Positions 13,718 through 29,715 of a stretch of 64,000 nucleotides of DNA are shown here, in pieces (the first letter of the stretch is position 1; each line of letters begins with the position of its first letter). The notes under the pieces are model-generated. The model was given only the letters and a program-made list of their open reading frames with translations. It was not told the origin of the DNA and did no database searches. Position numbers and translations under genes: made by a program. The DNA comes from Eledone cirrhosa (Eukaryota): NCBI GenBank assembly GCA_964016885.1, contig OZ024743.1, positions 302,994,001-303,058,000 on the forward strand, read 5' to 3'.

Positions 13718-14690
13718 AGTTATAACCAATGTAGGCCAGACTTTCATTATTTTTGTGGAAGGGTTCGATTAATCAAATATTTAGATTTAGAGTCACATCT
13801 AGAAATTTGCCTTTTTATGATTCAGTTCGTAGGTAATACTTAGGCCTAGTTTTTTTAAGAATGTTCTAATCTTTTTTCTTAATCTTTCTACGCTCTGGTT
13901 ATTTAAGTTCCTAGCTATAAGTAGCGTGTCATCTCTATAAATCCCTCATTGGAGGTTACTGAATTATTTATGTAGGCTGTGTGCTATAAATAACCTCACA
14001 ACGACAGTGATTTGCGCTGAATCGTTCGATCCCATTGTGATATCGAATGTGTTTATCCTATCTTTTCTTACCCAATAGCTATTTTAAAATGTTATGATAA
14101 TCCTTCTAGCAGCTAAAATTATTTCAATTTCATCATGAGTAAGATCCGAGTTATTTTGGGCAAATATGAGCGCTTTATCTAGGGTGGCTGCGGACATTGA
14201 TGCGTAGTAATCGTTTATATCGAATTGTATGAAGTTACAAGCTTCTCTATTTCCTATTTTACTGAACCATTCAATCGGTTCGTTAGTGTTACCTCATAAA
14301 TTGATTTCTAGTTTTCCCTTTATTTGTGCTATTACCCTATCTAGAATGTTCCTGCTAATTTTACCTATATCCGACTTAGATGGGCATATTAATCTGAAAG
14401 TAGGATTTGCTTCAAAATTGATTTTGTGACCCTTAAGGTTAAATGTGGGGTTGCAATGGGTTAGAGGCTCGATTCTATCGGATATTCCGAGTTTATTTAC
14501 TATCCTAAGACCCTCCTTATTAATGCTGGTGAGTGTGGATTCGTTTGCTTTTTTGTATTTTTTTTGTAGTTCACGCTGAATGAAATTATTGTATGTGTTA
14601 AGCTCCATAGAATATACGCTTGATGTTTTGACTGCCTTTATTATGATACCAATTTCATACATCTGTTTCGTATCAACTCGTTTTACATGC
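13718..14690 (-). pseudogene. PLE reverse transcriptase fragment (Hydra-type)
   Basis: FRLICPSKSDIGKIS, FIQFDINDYYAS, FDITMGSNDSAQ, IYRDDTL, NFLDVTL, with stops and a frameshift. Confidence 0.85.
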
Positions 14691-14848
14691 TAAAGTCATC
14701 AGCATACTCTATTTCTTAATTAGATTGATGTTGTGATTATTTTAACTATTTACTATCTAGCTAATTTATTTGAGTATTGTTATTATTGTTCTGATTTAAT
14801 GCCACTACTATATATAGAAGTCACCCCTGTGAATTTCGTTCATTCTCG

Positions 14849-14961
14849 CATGCTCTGATGAATATACTGGTTATAGCAAAGTATTGGTGATCGATTGACG
14901 CAAAAACAGGCGGGTAGCGATCTCTAGACCTACCAGTTCAGAGAAACAATTGTCAGCGATG
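14849..14961 (+). ncRNA. Type I hammerhead with about 80-nt stem II insert
   Basis: CATGCT-CTGATGA-..ACTGG...CCAGT..-GAAA-CAATTG-TC-AGCGATG, followed by AATAAA. It is antisense to, and upstream of, the RT fragment. Confidence 0.7.
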
Positions 14962-15023
14962 TGAATAAAGCCCTTATTATATAGCAAACCTTGTCACTCT
15001 TATTATGTATATATCTTCAACGT

Positions 15024-15236
15024 TCGACTTTCGTCAAATCGGACCGAGGAAACTATGTATCCATCGGTCTTTCCAGTTGCTAGTACTATCTATTAGTCGC
15101 AACTCCAGATAGAAGGAGCAACGTGAAATAAAGTGTCTTGCTGAAGGACATAACGCATCGCCCGGTCCAGGAATCGAACTCACAACCTCAAGATTATAAA
15201 TCCAATTCTCTAACCACTCAGCCACACGCCTTCACA
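15024..15236 (-). mobile_element. tRNA-derived SINE
   Basis: A box TGGCTGAGTGG, B box GTTCGATTCC, core GTCCTTCAGCAAGACACTT. Confidence 0.85.
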
Positions 15237-15275
<39 letters not shown>

Positions 15276-15279
<4 letters not shown>

Positions 15280-15495
15280 AGGCGTGTGGCTGAGTGGTTA
15301 GAGTATTGGATTCACAATCGTGAGGTTGTGCGTTCGATTCCTGAACCAGGCGATGCGTTATGTCCTTGAGCAAGACACTTTATTTCACGTTGCTCCTTCT
15401 ACCTGGAGTTGCGACCGATAGATAGTATTAGCAATTGGAAAGACCAACGGAAACATAGTTTCCTCGGTCCGATTTGACGAAAGTCGATCGACTAG
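15276..15495 (+). mobile_element. tRNA-derived SINE (inverted partner of 15024-15236)
   Basis: A box TGGCTGAGTGG, B box GTTCGATTCC, core GTCCTTGAGCAAGACACTT. Confidence 0.85.
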
Positions 15496-15514
15496 AATAT
15501 ATATATATATATAT

Positions 15515-15556
<42 letters not shown>

Positions 15557-15558
<2 letters not shown>

Positions 15559-17409
15559 GAGATGGTGGCTAAACCTGCCAGTAGGAGGAAGAGGGGAGGG
15601 GTGGAGTAGACCCAATCAAGCGTTGGTAGTGCCAGCTACAGCTGGGCATGAGGTCAAAGAAGATACAGGGGAGGGGGAGGGGGAGGAAGTCGGAACGGTA
15701 GGTAGAACAATGGGGGGTAGAAATATATAGGAAAGAAAAAATACATAGAGTGAAGAAAAGTAAATAAGTGTAAAGAAAAAAGTAAAGTAAATTCTACGAC
15801 CTAGGTCTCTAGCTATTGTTGGGCTAGAATAAATAAATAAATAAAGAAAGAAAGAAGTAAAGAAAGAAATAAAGAAATAACGAAATAAGTAAAAGAACTA
15901 GGTGGGACGGAAGAGGCAAGGACCCTTTTAAGAGTTATAAGTACGTAAATGATACGGTGACGGGTCAACAAAAGGGGCCAAAATACTAAAGAGACTACCA
16001 CGAAATAAACAATAAAGGTTTCCATCCCGGGCACAATGCCAGCAACCACACAGTGCAGCAAAGTGAACTAGTATGAGATAATAATTCTGAGTCCCGAGAA
16101 AAATATATACTAATGCTAACTCTAAAAGATCTAAAACAAGCTACATGAAAGTTCGTACGAAGTAAAGGTAGAATACGGAAAAATAAATTCAGAATCCACC
16201 CCGCCCAAAAGAAAAGCGAAGAAAGAAATACTGAAACGAAAAAATAAGGCATAAGTGCCACTAAGAAATATAGAGGGCACAGAGAATAGTGGGAGCGGTC
16301 GGAAAAAGGGGACAAGTATCCGGGGTCTAAACCAACTGCTATAAAGGGCGGAAGCCGCCAAATCAATCATAGACTAGGGGAGGGGTGGGGGTACTAAGGC
16401 TACAAGGGGCCAAAGGGCAGCCTCGGGTGGGCGAGAAAAGACGCCCACAAAGGAGAAGAGCTGGGGTAGAAGGACTAAGGAGAGAGGGGGAAGGAAATAA
16501 AGGAAGCGATAAAAGAATACAAAGAAGATCTTACGTCTCCCTTGGCAAGCAGGGGTTACCCATTGCAGAATCGGCAAGTGGGGTGTTATAGCCCTAGTCT
16601 ACCTCCCCGGGTCATTATGGGGTTTGAGGGCGAGGTAAGTCCTACGCAATCTATGTTTACATGCAGTAACCAGTTCATCTTTCTTGTTTAGGAGTTGGTC
16701 CGTCGAAAACAGCATTTGTAAATTTTCCTCCGAGCATAAATTGCACGGACGGCGTCCTCCCGTGTAAGAATTGGCTCTGGACAGTAATATCCAAGTGAGA
16801 TCATAGGTGATGTTGTTGTCCTTGAGGTCCCATATGTGGCCCGAAAGTGTAGTGGCGTGACGCCGGGCCGGGTTTCGGAAGGTATGTCGGTGTTGGTATA
16901 GCCGGGCCTTGAAGTCACATGCGGTAAGTCCTATATAGGCTTTGTTGGAGGTATCCGTACTCACGTTGCACTGGTAGATCACATTACGGTCTCTGCATCT
17001 ATTGTCGAGTGGGTAAATGGATCTATCCGGGCAGTTACACCTCCTGGTCGGTTCTCCACTGCTATTTAGGTTATTTCTGCCATCAGGGTTGAGTTTTTTG
17101 TTGTTAGAGGAGACGATGTTTTGTGCGAAGTTTGGTGTAGTGCTGTAAGAGAGTTTGATGGCATTTTTGTTATTATGTTGTGGTAGCGGTGTTGTAATGG
17201 GAAGTGTTTTTCAATGAGCCTAAAGAATAGTTTCCCGATGGGAGTTGTCACCTCTGCGTTGTGGAGAGGATTGAACCATGTTACATTGCGTCAGCGGCGG
17301 TGTCTCCTGCTGGTTCCGCTAATGGGAGCTGGACAGTAGGATATTTCCTCCCGCATTGAGTACTTTGGTGCGTTATGGTCCACCTGGTTCCTTACCACAT
17401 TTCCTTCGT

Positions 17410-17411
<2 letters not shown>
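15557..17411 (-). mobile_element. 5'-truncated Hydra-type PLE with short inverted terminal cap (17356-17411)
   Basis: Coding remnant 16599-17300: VTWFNPL..FFRLIEKHFP, CNCPD, VIYQCNV..YIGLT..FKARLYQH..CNLCSEE..LLNKKDELVTACKH. Flanked by (TA)n. Confidence 0.85.
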
Positions 17412-17458
<47 letters not shown>

Positions 17459-17465
<7 letters not shown>

Positions 17466-18762
17466 TAACAGATTAAAGTTTCAGCAAAGAATCGCTGATT
17501 TCACCCTTAATGGAATCTTCTGAAACTAACAAAGTCAATCTGTAAACGCAGAACCGGATATTTCAAAAAACGTTGCAGCCGGAGGAAGACAGGATGACGA
17601 TACTTTGGTTCATGGTGACGTTCGCTGGCAAAGAACGGGAAAAAACGAATAATACGTCCTTAATAGGCGCGGTGAAAAACAATTACGCGCAAAGACAAAA
17701 CCACGTTTATGGTATAAAAGAGGTCCTAGACTAATGTTCTCTTAGGTGGTGCATAGAGACGTTCTCTGGCAATGAACGAAAAAACGAAGATAATAAGTCA
17801 TATGTGAAGCGTGGAGAACAATAGCACGCAAAGACAAAACCACGTAAATGGTATAGCAGAAATCGTAGACTAAAATTCTAACTAGGAGACCAAATGAATC
17901 TCCGCTACAGAGTTTAGAACAAAGTAAATAAATACAATACAGAAGTAATAGAAACAAATAAATACATACACGCAAACAGATAGGTACATACACAAGCATA
18001 CGCAAAACCTTACCATGGGTATACAAAACCACGCACATATAAATATGTGTGTGTGTGTATGCTTGTGTACAAATAAATAAATAATTTTATAAACGTATAT
18101 AAGTAAATAAATACGTATATAACAAGCGCACACGCATACCTACATATAAATACACGAATGTTCGGAGACGTAAGTCAACTAAAACAAGAAGTACACATAT
18201 AAAAACACCCACCATACGTACGAACCTGCACACTCACGCGGACGCAAAACTCCCGTATACACATAGCCAAACCCTAAATACCAGAATATGTAAAAATTAT
18301 ACGCTATAACAGTCAAATATACGTACGAGAAGGTATACATACCTTCACAAAACATACGGGTAATATATACTTGCCTATGCAAATAAGTAAAGGAATAAGC
18401 AAAACACATACTTAGCTCCCACACCAAGATGTAAAATATCTGTAATACAGGAAAGTTTTGTGCAATTTATGTTTACAAGCCGAAATTGCCTCAGATTTTT
18501 TGTTTAAGATGTGATCTGTAGCGTAGAATATTTCCAGGGCCTCAGCGGCGCAGAGGTCACATGGTCTTTTATTTCCGTTATACGATCTAGCCCTAGCTAG
18601 GATCTCCCAGTGTAACTTATATCGGGTGTGGTTGTCTTTTAGACTCCAGATATAAGCTGAAAGTGACGTCATATTCCTTCTTACTCTACGGTTCTTATAT
18701 ATTTGATATATATTTTCCTTATCGAGCCATCTTTGGATTTTAGTCTTCAATTTTATTATTAT

Positions 18763-18766
<4 letters not shown>
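17459..18766 (-). mobile_element. Hydra-type PLE family B: GIY-YIG 3' half, pseudo-LTR, inverted cap
   Basis: MTSLSAYIWSLKD..CDLCAAE..LNKKSEAISACKH at 18412-18690. Closely related to 22420-24187. Confidence 0.85.
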
Positions 18767-18855
<89 letters not shown>

Positions 18856-18857
<2 letters not shown>

Positions 18858-19811
18858 CTGGCCTCTAGAAGTCTTATGTATATTTATCTGAGCTGATAGA
18901 GGGCAGTTTAAGGATTTACAGAAACCCAAGAAGCTAGATTTACCATCTTTCTAGCGGGTCCGGGTATGCTTTTTACATTCACTTGATTTATTAATTTATT
19001 GATATTTTTTCTGAGTGTCCCGAATCTTCCAGATCGCAATTTTTCGGTCGTGTGGTTGATTCTAGACTTGTTCTATGTGTGACGGTATTTTAACGATAGT
19101 TATAGCTCTGATTTATCTGAATTATTGAGCCCTCTGCCGCTCATTTCGAATTTTGTTTATCGTGAACTCGTGCGCCGATTTTTCGATACCCGATTATTCT
19201 ACTATATTTAGCTCTAGACCTAGCTATTGACCAGTTAATTTTATTGTTCTTTTTTTGTCGATTCTATTAAATGATGAATAGCTCCTGTTTATTTTAACAT
19301 GTCTATTGAGCACTCTTATTCGATATGTGTATTTCCACATTTTCCCGAATATTTTTTGCGGATATAGAGGTTATCTCCCTTGCTGAATTCCATGTGCGTT
19401 TCGTCAGCCTGGGTTATGCTTTTCATTCGTTCGGACAAAAGCTCGTTGAGGAAGTAAATTTCCCGTCCGCTGGCCTCTAGAAGTCTTATATATATTTATG
19501 TGAGCTGATAGAGGGCAGTTTAAGGATTTACAGAAACCCAAGAAGCTAGATTTACCATCTTTCTAGCGGGTCCGGGTATGCTGTTTACATTCATTTGATT
19601 TATTGACTTATTGATATTTTTTCTGAGTGTCCGGAATCTTCCAGATCGCAATTTTTCGGTCGTACGGTTAATTATATACTTGTTCTATGTGTAACGGTAT
19701 TTTAACAATAGTTATAGCTCTGATTTATCTGAATTATTGAGCCCTCTGCCGCTCATTTCGAATTTTGTTTATCGTGAACTCGTGCGCCGATTTTTCGATA
19801 CTCGATTATTC

Positions 19812-19815
<4 letters not shown>
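18856..19815. repeat. Partial tandem duplication (610-bp period) between (TA)n tracts
   Basis: 18856-19205 is repeated at 19466-19815. Non-coding. Confidence 0.85.
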
Positions 19816-21169
<1,354 letters not shown>

Positions 21170-21171
<2 letters not shown>

Positions 21172-21780
21172 TTCTCTTCTCAACTTTTGCCCGACCACAC
21201 CTTGAATACTGTTGTCCACTGTGGTCACCCCACACGAAACAAAGTATCATGAAAGTTGAAGCAAGCCAAAGGTCAATTACAAAAAAGATAGTTGGCATGA
21301 CAGGCCTTGACTATTAGGGTCGATTAGAAAAGCTCAAACTTTATTCTCTTCAACGTCGCCATGAGCGCTACCTTATCTGTATCTGTGGAAAATATTCCAT
21401 CAGCTTAGTCCAAATGATGTTGGCATCATCTTTAGTGTACACCCAAGGCTTGGGAACCGTGCTATCCGCCCAGGACAACAATCCCACTCGCATCACATAA
21501 CAATACGGCACAATTATTTCACCTCAATTAGCCCTTCACTCTTTAAAATTACACCAAAACACATCAAAGCAGAGACAGACCCCATCAAGTTCAAGAAGTC
21601 TTTGGATAAATTCCTTCAAGAAATCCCGGATAAGCCTCCTACACCCGGATATGCCTCCGTAAACAATAACTCTCTGCTCGAGTAGGACATGGTGCCCAAA
21701 TACTGATTTGTAAGACTTCGCCAGGTGGTGCTATTAAGTTAGACATGGCCTGGGACAATACTGACCGAAACCTATCAAAG

Positions 21781-21781
<1 letters not shown>
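21170..21781 (+). mobile_element. CR1/L2-clade LINE 3' fragment
   Basis: Translates FARPHLEYCCPLWSPH...RLEKLKLYSLQRRHERY..WKI, with stops. Short 3' UTR, then (TA)n. Confidence 0.8.
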
Positions 21782-21816
<35 letters not shown>

Positions 21817-21976
21817 TTAGTTATACTATTTATGGTTATGTAAATACAAAACCTTAAGCAGTTGTAAGTATTTTACACACACCCTAAATAGTGGTAGGCA
21901 GTAATGTATTACTACCTTATTACCAGTAAGTTAAGTAGCTCAATGTAAAAACATCAGATGATTTACAGAGCAGTTA

Positions 21977-22100
21977 TATGAAATATAAGAATCAAAGAAC
22001 TGCTCAAAACATTATTGTGCTTACAGCTGTTTCCTCCAAACCGAGGTTTGGAGGAAACAGCTGTAAGCACAATAATGTTTTGAGCAGTTCTTTGCTTCTT

Positions 22101-22110
<10 letters not shown>
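21977..22110. repeat. Near-perfect palindrome (about 65-bp arms) carrying a half-hammerhead on both strands
   Basis: Axis at 22043-22044: CCTCCAAACC-GA-GGTTTGGAGG-AAACAGCTGTA. Confidence 0.9.
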
Positions 22111-22171
<61 letters not shown>

Positions 22172-22325
22172 ATATATATATATATATATATATAGTTATG
22201 GAAGCATAAAATTGCTTATTGTGATGCAGTTCGTGGTTAAGAAAGCAAGTTTCATGGACGGTTTCAACCTACGGTTAGGGGTAATTCCACAAGTTTGTAA
22301 GAATTCCGTTCAATCTTGGGGTATA

Positions 22326-22408
22326 ATGTATAAAAGAGAAAACACAGGTAAGCATTAAGAGAGGATAAAATCCTTCTCTTAATGCTTACCTGTGTTGTCT
22401 CTTTTATA
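22326..22408. repeat. Palindrome (about 38-bp arms) ending in (TA)n
   Basis: ATAAAAGAGAAAACACAGGTAAGCATTAAGAGAGGAT / ATCCTTCTCTTAATGCTTACCTGTGTTGTCTCTTTTAT. Confidence 0.85.
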
Positions 22409-22419
22409 TATATATATAT

Positions 22420-24187
22420 ATTAAAATAACAGATCAACATTTAAGCAAATAATCGCTGCTCTCGCTCTTAACGGGATCTTCTGAAACTAACAAAGTCAAT
22501 CTGTGAACGCGGAATTCAATATTTCAAAAAACGTTGCAACCGGACGAAAGCAGGAAGACGATACTTTGGTTCGTGGAAACGTTCCCTTGCAAAGAAAGGG
22601 AAAAACAAATATAATACGTTATTATTTGGAGCGGTGAATAGCAATTATAAGCAAAGAGAAAACCAGGTTTATGGTATAAAAAGAAGTCATAGACTAATAT
22701 TCTCTTAGGTGGTTCATAGAGACGTTCTCAGGAAGACGATACTTTGGTTCGTGGAAACGTTCCCTGGCAAAGAACGGAAACAACGAAGATAATACGTCAT
22801 ATGTGGAACGTGAAGAACAATTGCACGCAAAGACAAAACCACGTAAATGGTATAACTAATAAATGCCTCTCCTCTCTGGTAACATTGTCTAAAAATGTAA
22901 GGTCGGAACACCCACGTCCCGTAGGGCCTACATAGGGTTAACCGCCAACAGATTCAAGCAGCGTCTTTACATCCATACCCATTCTTTTCGTTACCCTCTA
23001 AGAAGGAATATGACGTCACTTTCAGCTTATATCTGGAGTCTAGAAGACAGCCACACCCAATATAAGTTACACTGGGAGATCCTAGCTAGGGCTAGATCGT
23101 ATAACGGAAATAAAAGACCATGTGACCTCTGCGCCGCTGAGGCCCTGAAAATACTCTACGCCACACACCACATCTTAAACAAAAATCTGAGGCAATTTCG
23201 GCTTGTAAACATAAATTGCACAAAACTTTCCCCTATTACAGCCCCATAGTATACCCTAACGGATAGTACGATATATACGCGGGTATTGTACGTATTGGTG
23301 TGGTAGCTAAGTATCTGTTATGTTTATACCATTACTTATTTGCATAGGTAAGTATATATTACGTGTATGTTTTATGAAGGTACGTATACCTTCTCGTACG
23401 TATATTTGATTGTATATGTTATGGCGTATATTTTTATATATTCTGGTACATATGCTGTCGGTTATGTGGAGACGTGAGTTTTGCATCTGTCTGAGTATGC
23501 GGGTTCGTACGTATGTAGGATGTGTGTATATGTGTACTTCGGGTTTTGGTTGACGTTGTCTACGAACATATGTGTATTTGCCTGTAGCTATGTTTGTGCG
23601 CTTGTTGTATACGTATTTATTTATTTATATACGTTTATCTAATTATTTGTATACACGCACACACACATATTTATATGTGCGTGTATTTGTATACCTATGA
23701 CGAGTGTTTTCACGTATGCTTGTGTATGTACGTTATATGATTGCGTGTATGTATTTATTTAATTTCTGTTACCTCTGTTTTTTATTTACTTTACTTTTAA
23801 CTCTGAAGCTGAGAATCATTCGGTTTCCTAGTTAGAATTTTAGTCTACGACTTCTTTTATACCATGAACGAGTTTTGTCTTTGCGTGTAATTGTTTTTTA
23901 CCGCTCCAAATAATGACGTATTATATTCGCTTTTTCCCGTTCTTTGCCAGGGAACATTTCCACGAACAAAAGGATCGTCTTCCTGTCTTCCTCGGGTTGC
24001 AATGTTTTTTGAAATATTCACTGCTGCGTTCACAGATTGACATTGTTAGTTTTAGAAGAAGATCCAGTTAAGCGTGAAAGCAGCGATTCTTTGATTAAAC
24101 TTTAATCTGTTATTTTAATAAATATTTGATATATAATTATCCTTATCGAGCCCTCTTTGGATTTTAGTATTCAAATTTTTATTATTA
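22420..24187 (+). mobile_element. Hydra-type PLE family B: inverted partial pseudo-LTR, GIY-YIG (22857-23249), pseudo-LTR
   Basis: AYIGLTANRFKQRLYIHTHSF..MTSLSAYIWSL..CDLCAAE. 22420-22856 is the inverse of the 23815-24120 region. (TA)n flanks. Confidence 0.85.
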
Positions 24188-24284
<97 letters not shown>

Positions 24285-24288
24285 TGTG

Positions 24289-24419
<131 letters not shown>

Positions 24420-24521
24420 ATAATAAGAAGTTTGAAGGCTAAAATCCAAAGAGGGCTCGATAAGGATAAATATATATCAAATACATAAGAACCGCACAGC
24501 AAATATCTGTTATTTAAATAA

Positions 24522-24556
<35 letters not shown>

Positions 24557-24561
<5 letters not shown>

Positions 24562-24791
24562 AATTGAGGTTGGTAATGGCACATGGAATATATAAGAGAC
24601 AGAATACTTTTTTTGTGAAAAAACATATAATTTTATAAGGTATGGAAATAATAAAGGGTATAAAAAATGATATATATATATTTTTTATACCCTCTATTAT
24701 TTCCTTACCTTATAAAATTATATGTTTTTTCACAAAAAAGTATTCTGTCTCTTATATATTCCATGTGCCATTACCAACCTCAATTTTCTCT
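24557..24791. repeat. Palindrome with about 110-bp arms and a short (TA)n at its centre
   Basis: AGAAAATTGAGGTTGGTAATGGCACATGG... / ...CCATGTGCCATTACCAACCTCAATTTTCT. Confidence 0.9.
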
Positions 24792-24823
24792 ATAACCTTC
24801 GTTTTGTGTAGAAAATTACACTT

Positions 24824-24881
<58 letters not shown>

Positions 24882-24885
<4 letters not shown>

Positions 24886-25061
24886 AACGAGTAGGACCCT
24901 TGAGCTCAAGGCGTTTCGACGGCTAATTCTGAACTGAGTCGAAACGGCTTGAGCTCAGCCGTCGGGGTCCTACTCGTTCCTATTACCCACTCTACTACCC
25001 TAAGTATTGAGTACTCTGGTGCGTTATGGTCCATCTGGTTCCTTAACACATTTCCTTCGTT
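24882..25061 (+). mobile_element. Fold-back PLE terminal element (same family as 19896-20093)
   Basis: TAGGAACGAGTAGGACCC...GGGTCCTACTCGTTCCTA, with (TA)n on both sides. Confidence 0.75.
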
Positions 25062-25082
25062 ATATATATATATATATATATA

Positions 25083-26848
<1,766 letters not shown>

Positions 26849-26929
26849 TATATGTATATATTTCTATACGTCGGCCAATCTTGAGAGCTACTGGTAACAT
26901 GCTGTATCTCTGTGTGTGTATGTGTGTGT

Positions 26930-28480
26930 AAAACGTAAACAGGATTAACAAAGCAAACGACATAGTATATTGAAAAAAATATATTGGTCTAACGCTTCAA
27001 ATAACAGAATAAAAGTGTCTTGTCGTTTCAGGCACTCGTCTATCATCAGAAGAGAGAGTTAGCAGAAAGATAAATATAGCTAATTAAAGAGTGAGAAGAG
27101 GACGTATAGAAGAAAAAGAAATAAGAAAAGACAGGAAAAACCCACGCGTGCGTATTCCGTCAATCATTTGGGGAATTTACCAGTCAAGGAATTTCTTACG
27201 CGCAAGATAGTTTTAGTAAGGGACGTAATACGGGCATATTTTGGGGTGGACAGGTGTGTTTGTGTGCATGCTTATGCGTGTGTGAGTGTGCATGTTTAGT
27301 TCAGTTCATACGTTAAAAGGATGCTCAATGAACCCTGACAGGCTGTCTGCTATGAGTGCATAGATGTGTGAGTCAGCGTGCCCGCCCGAACTAAACGACG
27401 TATGTGGATGTGCATTACTATATATCAATTTCTACATATACATACATACACACATACCAATCGAGAGGCGCTGTTTAGAAAAGGAGGTGGTAACGATGGT
27501 GGCGATGGAGTATATGTTAGGAAACACGCAATACCGACGGGCCCACAACCGCGGAACTGAGTCCCACGCGAACACAGATGTGCACGCATAAGATGCAGGG
27601 TTACCGGCTCTCTCATGCGTGAATTGTTGAATGTATGTGTGTCACTACTGTGGCGGGTATGTGCATATATGCGCGCAAGCATCAGCAATTGGAAAATGTA
27701 GGGTATTGATGGTTTTGTGTGTGCAGACATAGACGTGTGTTGGACTGTATATATGTATATATGCATATTCTAAATGTGGGTGTGTATTGTCTCTTTGTAT
27801 GTGCATGTGTGTGTATATGAGTCCAAGAATAATGGGGATTATAGGAACTCTGGGTTTATTGAGTCCAATCGGGACCGTCAAAAATTAACATCTACTTGGT
27901 TGTGGTACTAATAGCTGTGGATAGGTGTAAGATGAGGCATGACGCAATGCGATGTTGATTATAATGGTTGGGGAAAGGAAAGGGCGAGCCAGAGTGGTGC
28001 CTTTACCTCGTCGTATGTCCCTCAGGTGTTCGTTCAATACGTCTACCAGGTGGCAGGCTGTTTGTATGCAACAAATGGACCTGCAAATGGCAGAATAGAG
28101 GGCACAGATGACGTTGGTAGATCTTTAATTAAAGATGTGACGAATGCGAAAAGAATAGTTTGTACTTCGGAGGGTGGTGAGGTGTTTATGTAGGGACATC
28201 TTTTACAGAGGTGGTAGAAACAGGGACGGAAGCCAGATGGAGATATAGGGGAGGAGGTGAGTAACTGTGCACAAGAAGGTACGGCGGTTACATATGCGAT
28301 TAAAGGCAGTGATGTGTGGTTTGGGAACGAAGCGAGGGTCTGGAAGAAATGAAAGATGCGGCACCGTAGTGGTAAGTTAGACCGGTGGTAGGTGAAGTAG
28401 AAAGAAACATGGGCATTGGTTCGGGTGTAAGATGACTGTAGTGCGCTCAATTTCCTGGGTACGAATAGCTTGTGTAAGAA
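26930..28480 (-). mobile_element. Degraded Neptune-type PLE
   Basis: Eroded linker/GIY-YIG (STNVICALY, EHLRDIRR) at 27850-28450. HHR remnant at 27018-27053. Confidence 0.6.
27018..27053 (-). ncRNA. Degenerate minimal hammerhead
   Basis: TCTT-CTGATGA-TAGAC-GAGT-GCCT-GAAA-CG-AC-AAGA. The cleavage-site U is mutated. Confidence 0.55.
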
Positions 28481-28699
28481 TAGCTTGAAACACGGTGGGA
28501 GGATATCAACCCTGCATGAAACGTGAGGCTATGCGTTGAAACTGGATATCCAAATCATGGTGCTGGACTGCATATCCATATAATCCTCCTCCTCCTCCTC
28601 CTCATCATCATCATAATCACCGTTTTACGTCCATTTTTCCAAGGTAGCAGGAGTTAGACGATAATAGGTGTAGGTATCATATATATACATCTATATATA

Positions 28700-28900
28700 T
28701 AGTAATAATAATAAATGTGAAGACTAAAATCAAAAGATGGCTCAATAAAGATAAATAAATATAAAATATGTAAGAACCCCAGTGCAAATATTTATTAAAA
28801 TAACAGATTAAAGTTTAAGCAAAGAATCGCTGCTTTCACCCTTAACGGGATCTTTAGAAGCAGCGATTCTTTGCTTAAACTTTAATCTGTTATTTTAATA
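28700..28900. mobile_element. Fold-back terminal fragment of PLE family B
   Basis: Arms 28793-28835 / 28858-28900. Sequence matches the 24060-24187 terminus. Confidence 0.75.
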
Positions 28901-29057
28901 TATATATATATATATATTGTTGTATTTTGGGAAGGTACTATTGTTGTAATATTTCCAGAAATATTAACAGAACACTCTCACTGTTTGGTTCATTTTCGCT
29001 TCCGTATCTTTCATATCTCCATAGTTAATTTATTTTGCAATCAATGTTTATCATTGA

Positions 29058-29570
29058 CTAGCAGATGTACCCGGCGTTGCTCGGTTATTAAATACCAGTT
29101 ATGTATACCATTTATGTCAATACTTCAGTGCTGCTTCGAAAACTATACTTTTACAAAATCATCGGCTTCTCTAAAAGGGGGTTCCTACCCCCAAGGGTCC
29201 CCTACTCAATATGTGCCAATTCTGAGAATCCACATTCATCTGTAGAGCAAACGCAGCTCATGTGTCAAGTTTTGTGAAAATCGGTTGCGAACTCCAGAAG
29301 TTATAACGTTTTGTTGCATTGCACTGCAGTGCTTCAGTCGACTCCAAAGAAGTGGCTAAAGGGGTTTATCTGTTGGGAGGCCCTACAATCAATATCTGGA
29401 AAAATGAAAGTGTCCATGACCATCCGGAGTACATAAGTAACCTATGTCTTAAGTTTGATGAAAATACTGTAGAAATGCATAAGTTCTACACACACGCGCG
29501 TGAGTGTGTGCGTATGTATTTGTGTGTGCGTATGTATGTGTATGTGTATGTCCGTCGGCCTAAATCTTCA
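29058..29570 (-). mobile_element. Helitron-like 3' portion
   Basis: Minus strand ends CCGAGCAACGCCGGG (hairpin)-TACATCTG-CTAG|T. Confidence 0.65.
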
Positions 29571-29599
29571 CTATATACTTTTACTATTTTAAGGCAAAG

Positions 29600-29715
29600 T
29601 TAAAATCCCGTCGAGTTTAATAATTTTGCCTTTCATCCTTACGGGGTCGATAAAATAAAGTACCAGTAATGTACTGGGTATTTGCTGGCCTTGTGCCAAA
29701 TAGTAGAAACAACTA
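29600..29715 (+). mobile_element. SINE fragment (same family as 7318-7505)
   Basis: TTGCCTTTCATCCTTACGGGGTCGATAAAATAAAGTACCAGT. Confidence 0.75.

Noticed and set aside
15276-15350. tRNA gene
   Set aside because: A and B boxes are present but the sequence continues into a SINE core with no acceptor stem or terminator.
17490-17525. HHR in the PLE family B terminus (CAGAAGA..GAAA)
   Set aside because: The core is non-canonical in all copies here and there is no clear UH site, so it was not called as a ribozyme feature.
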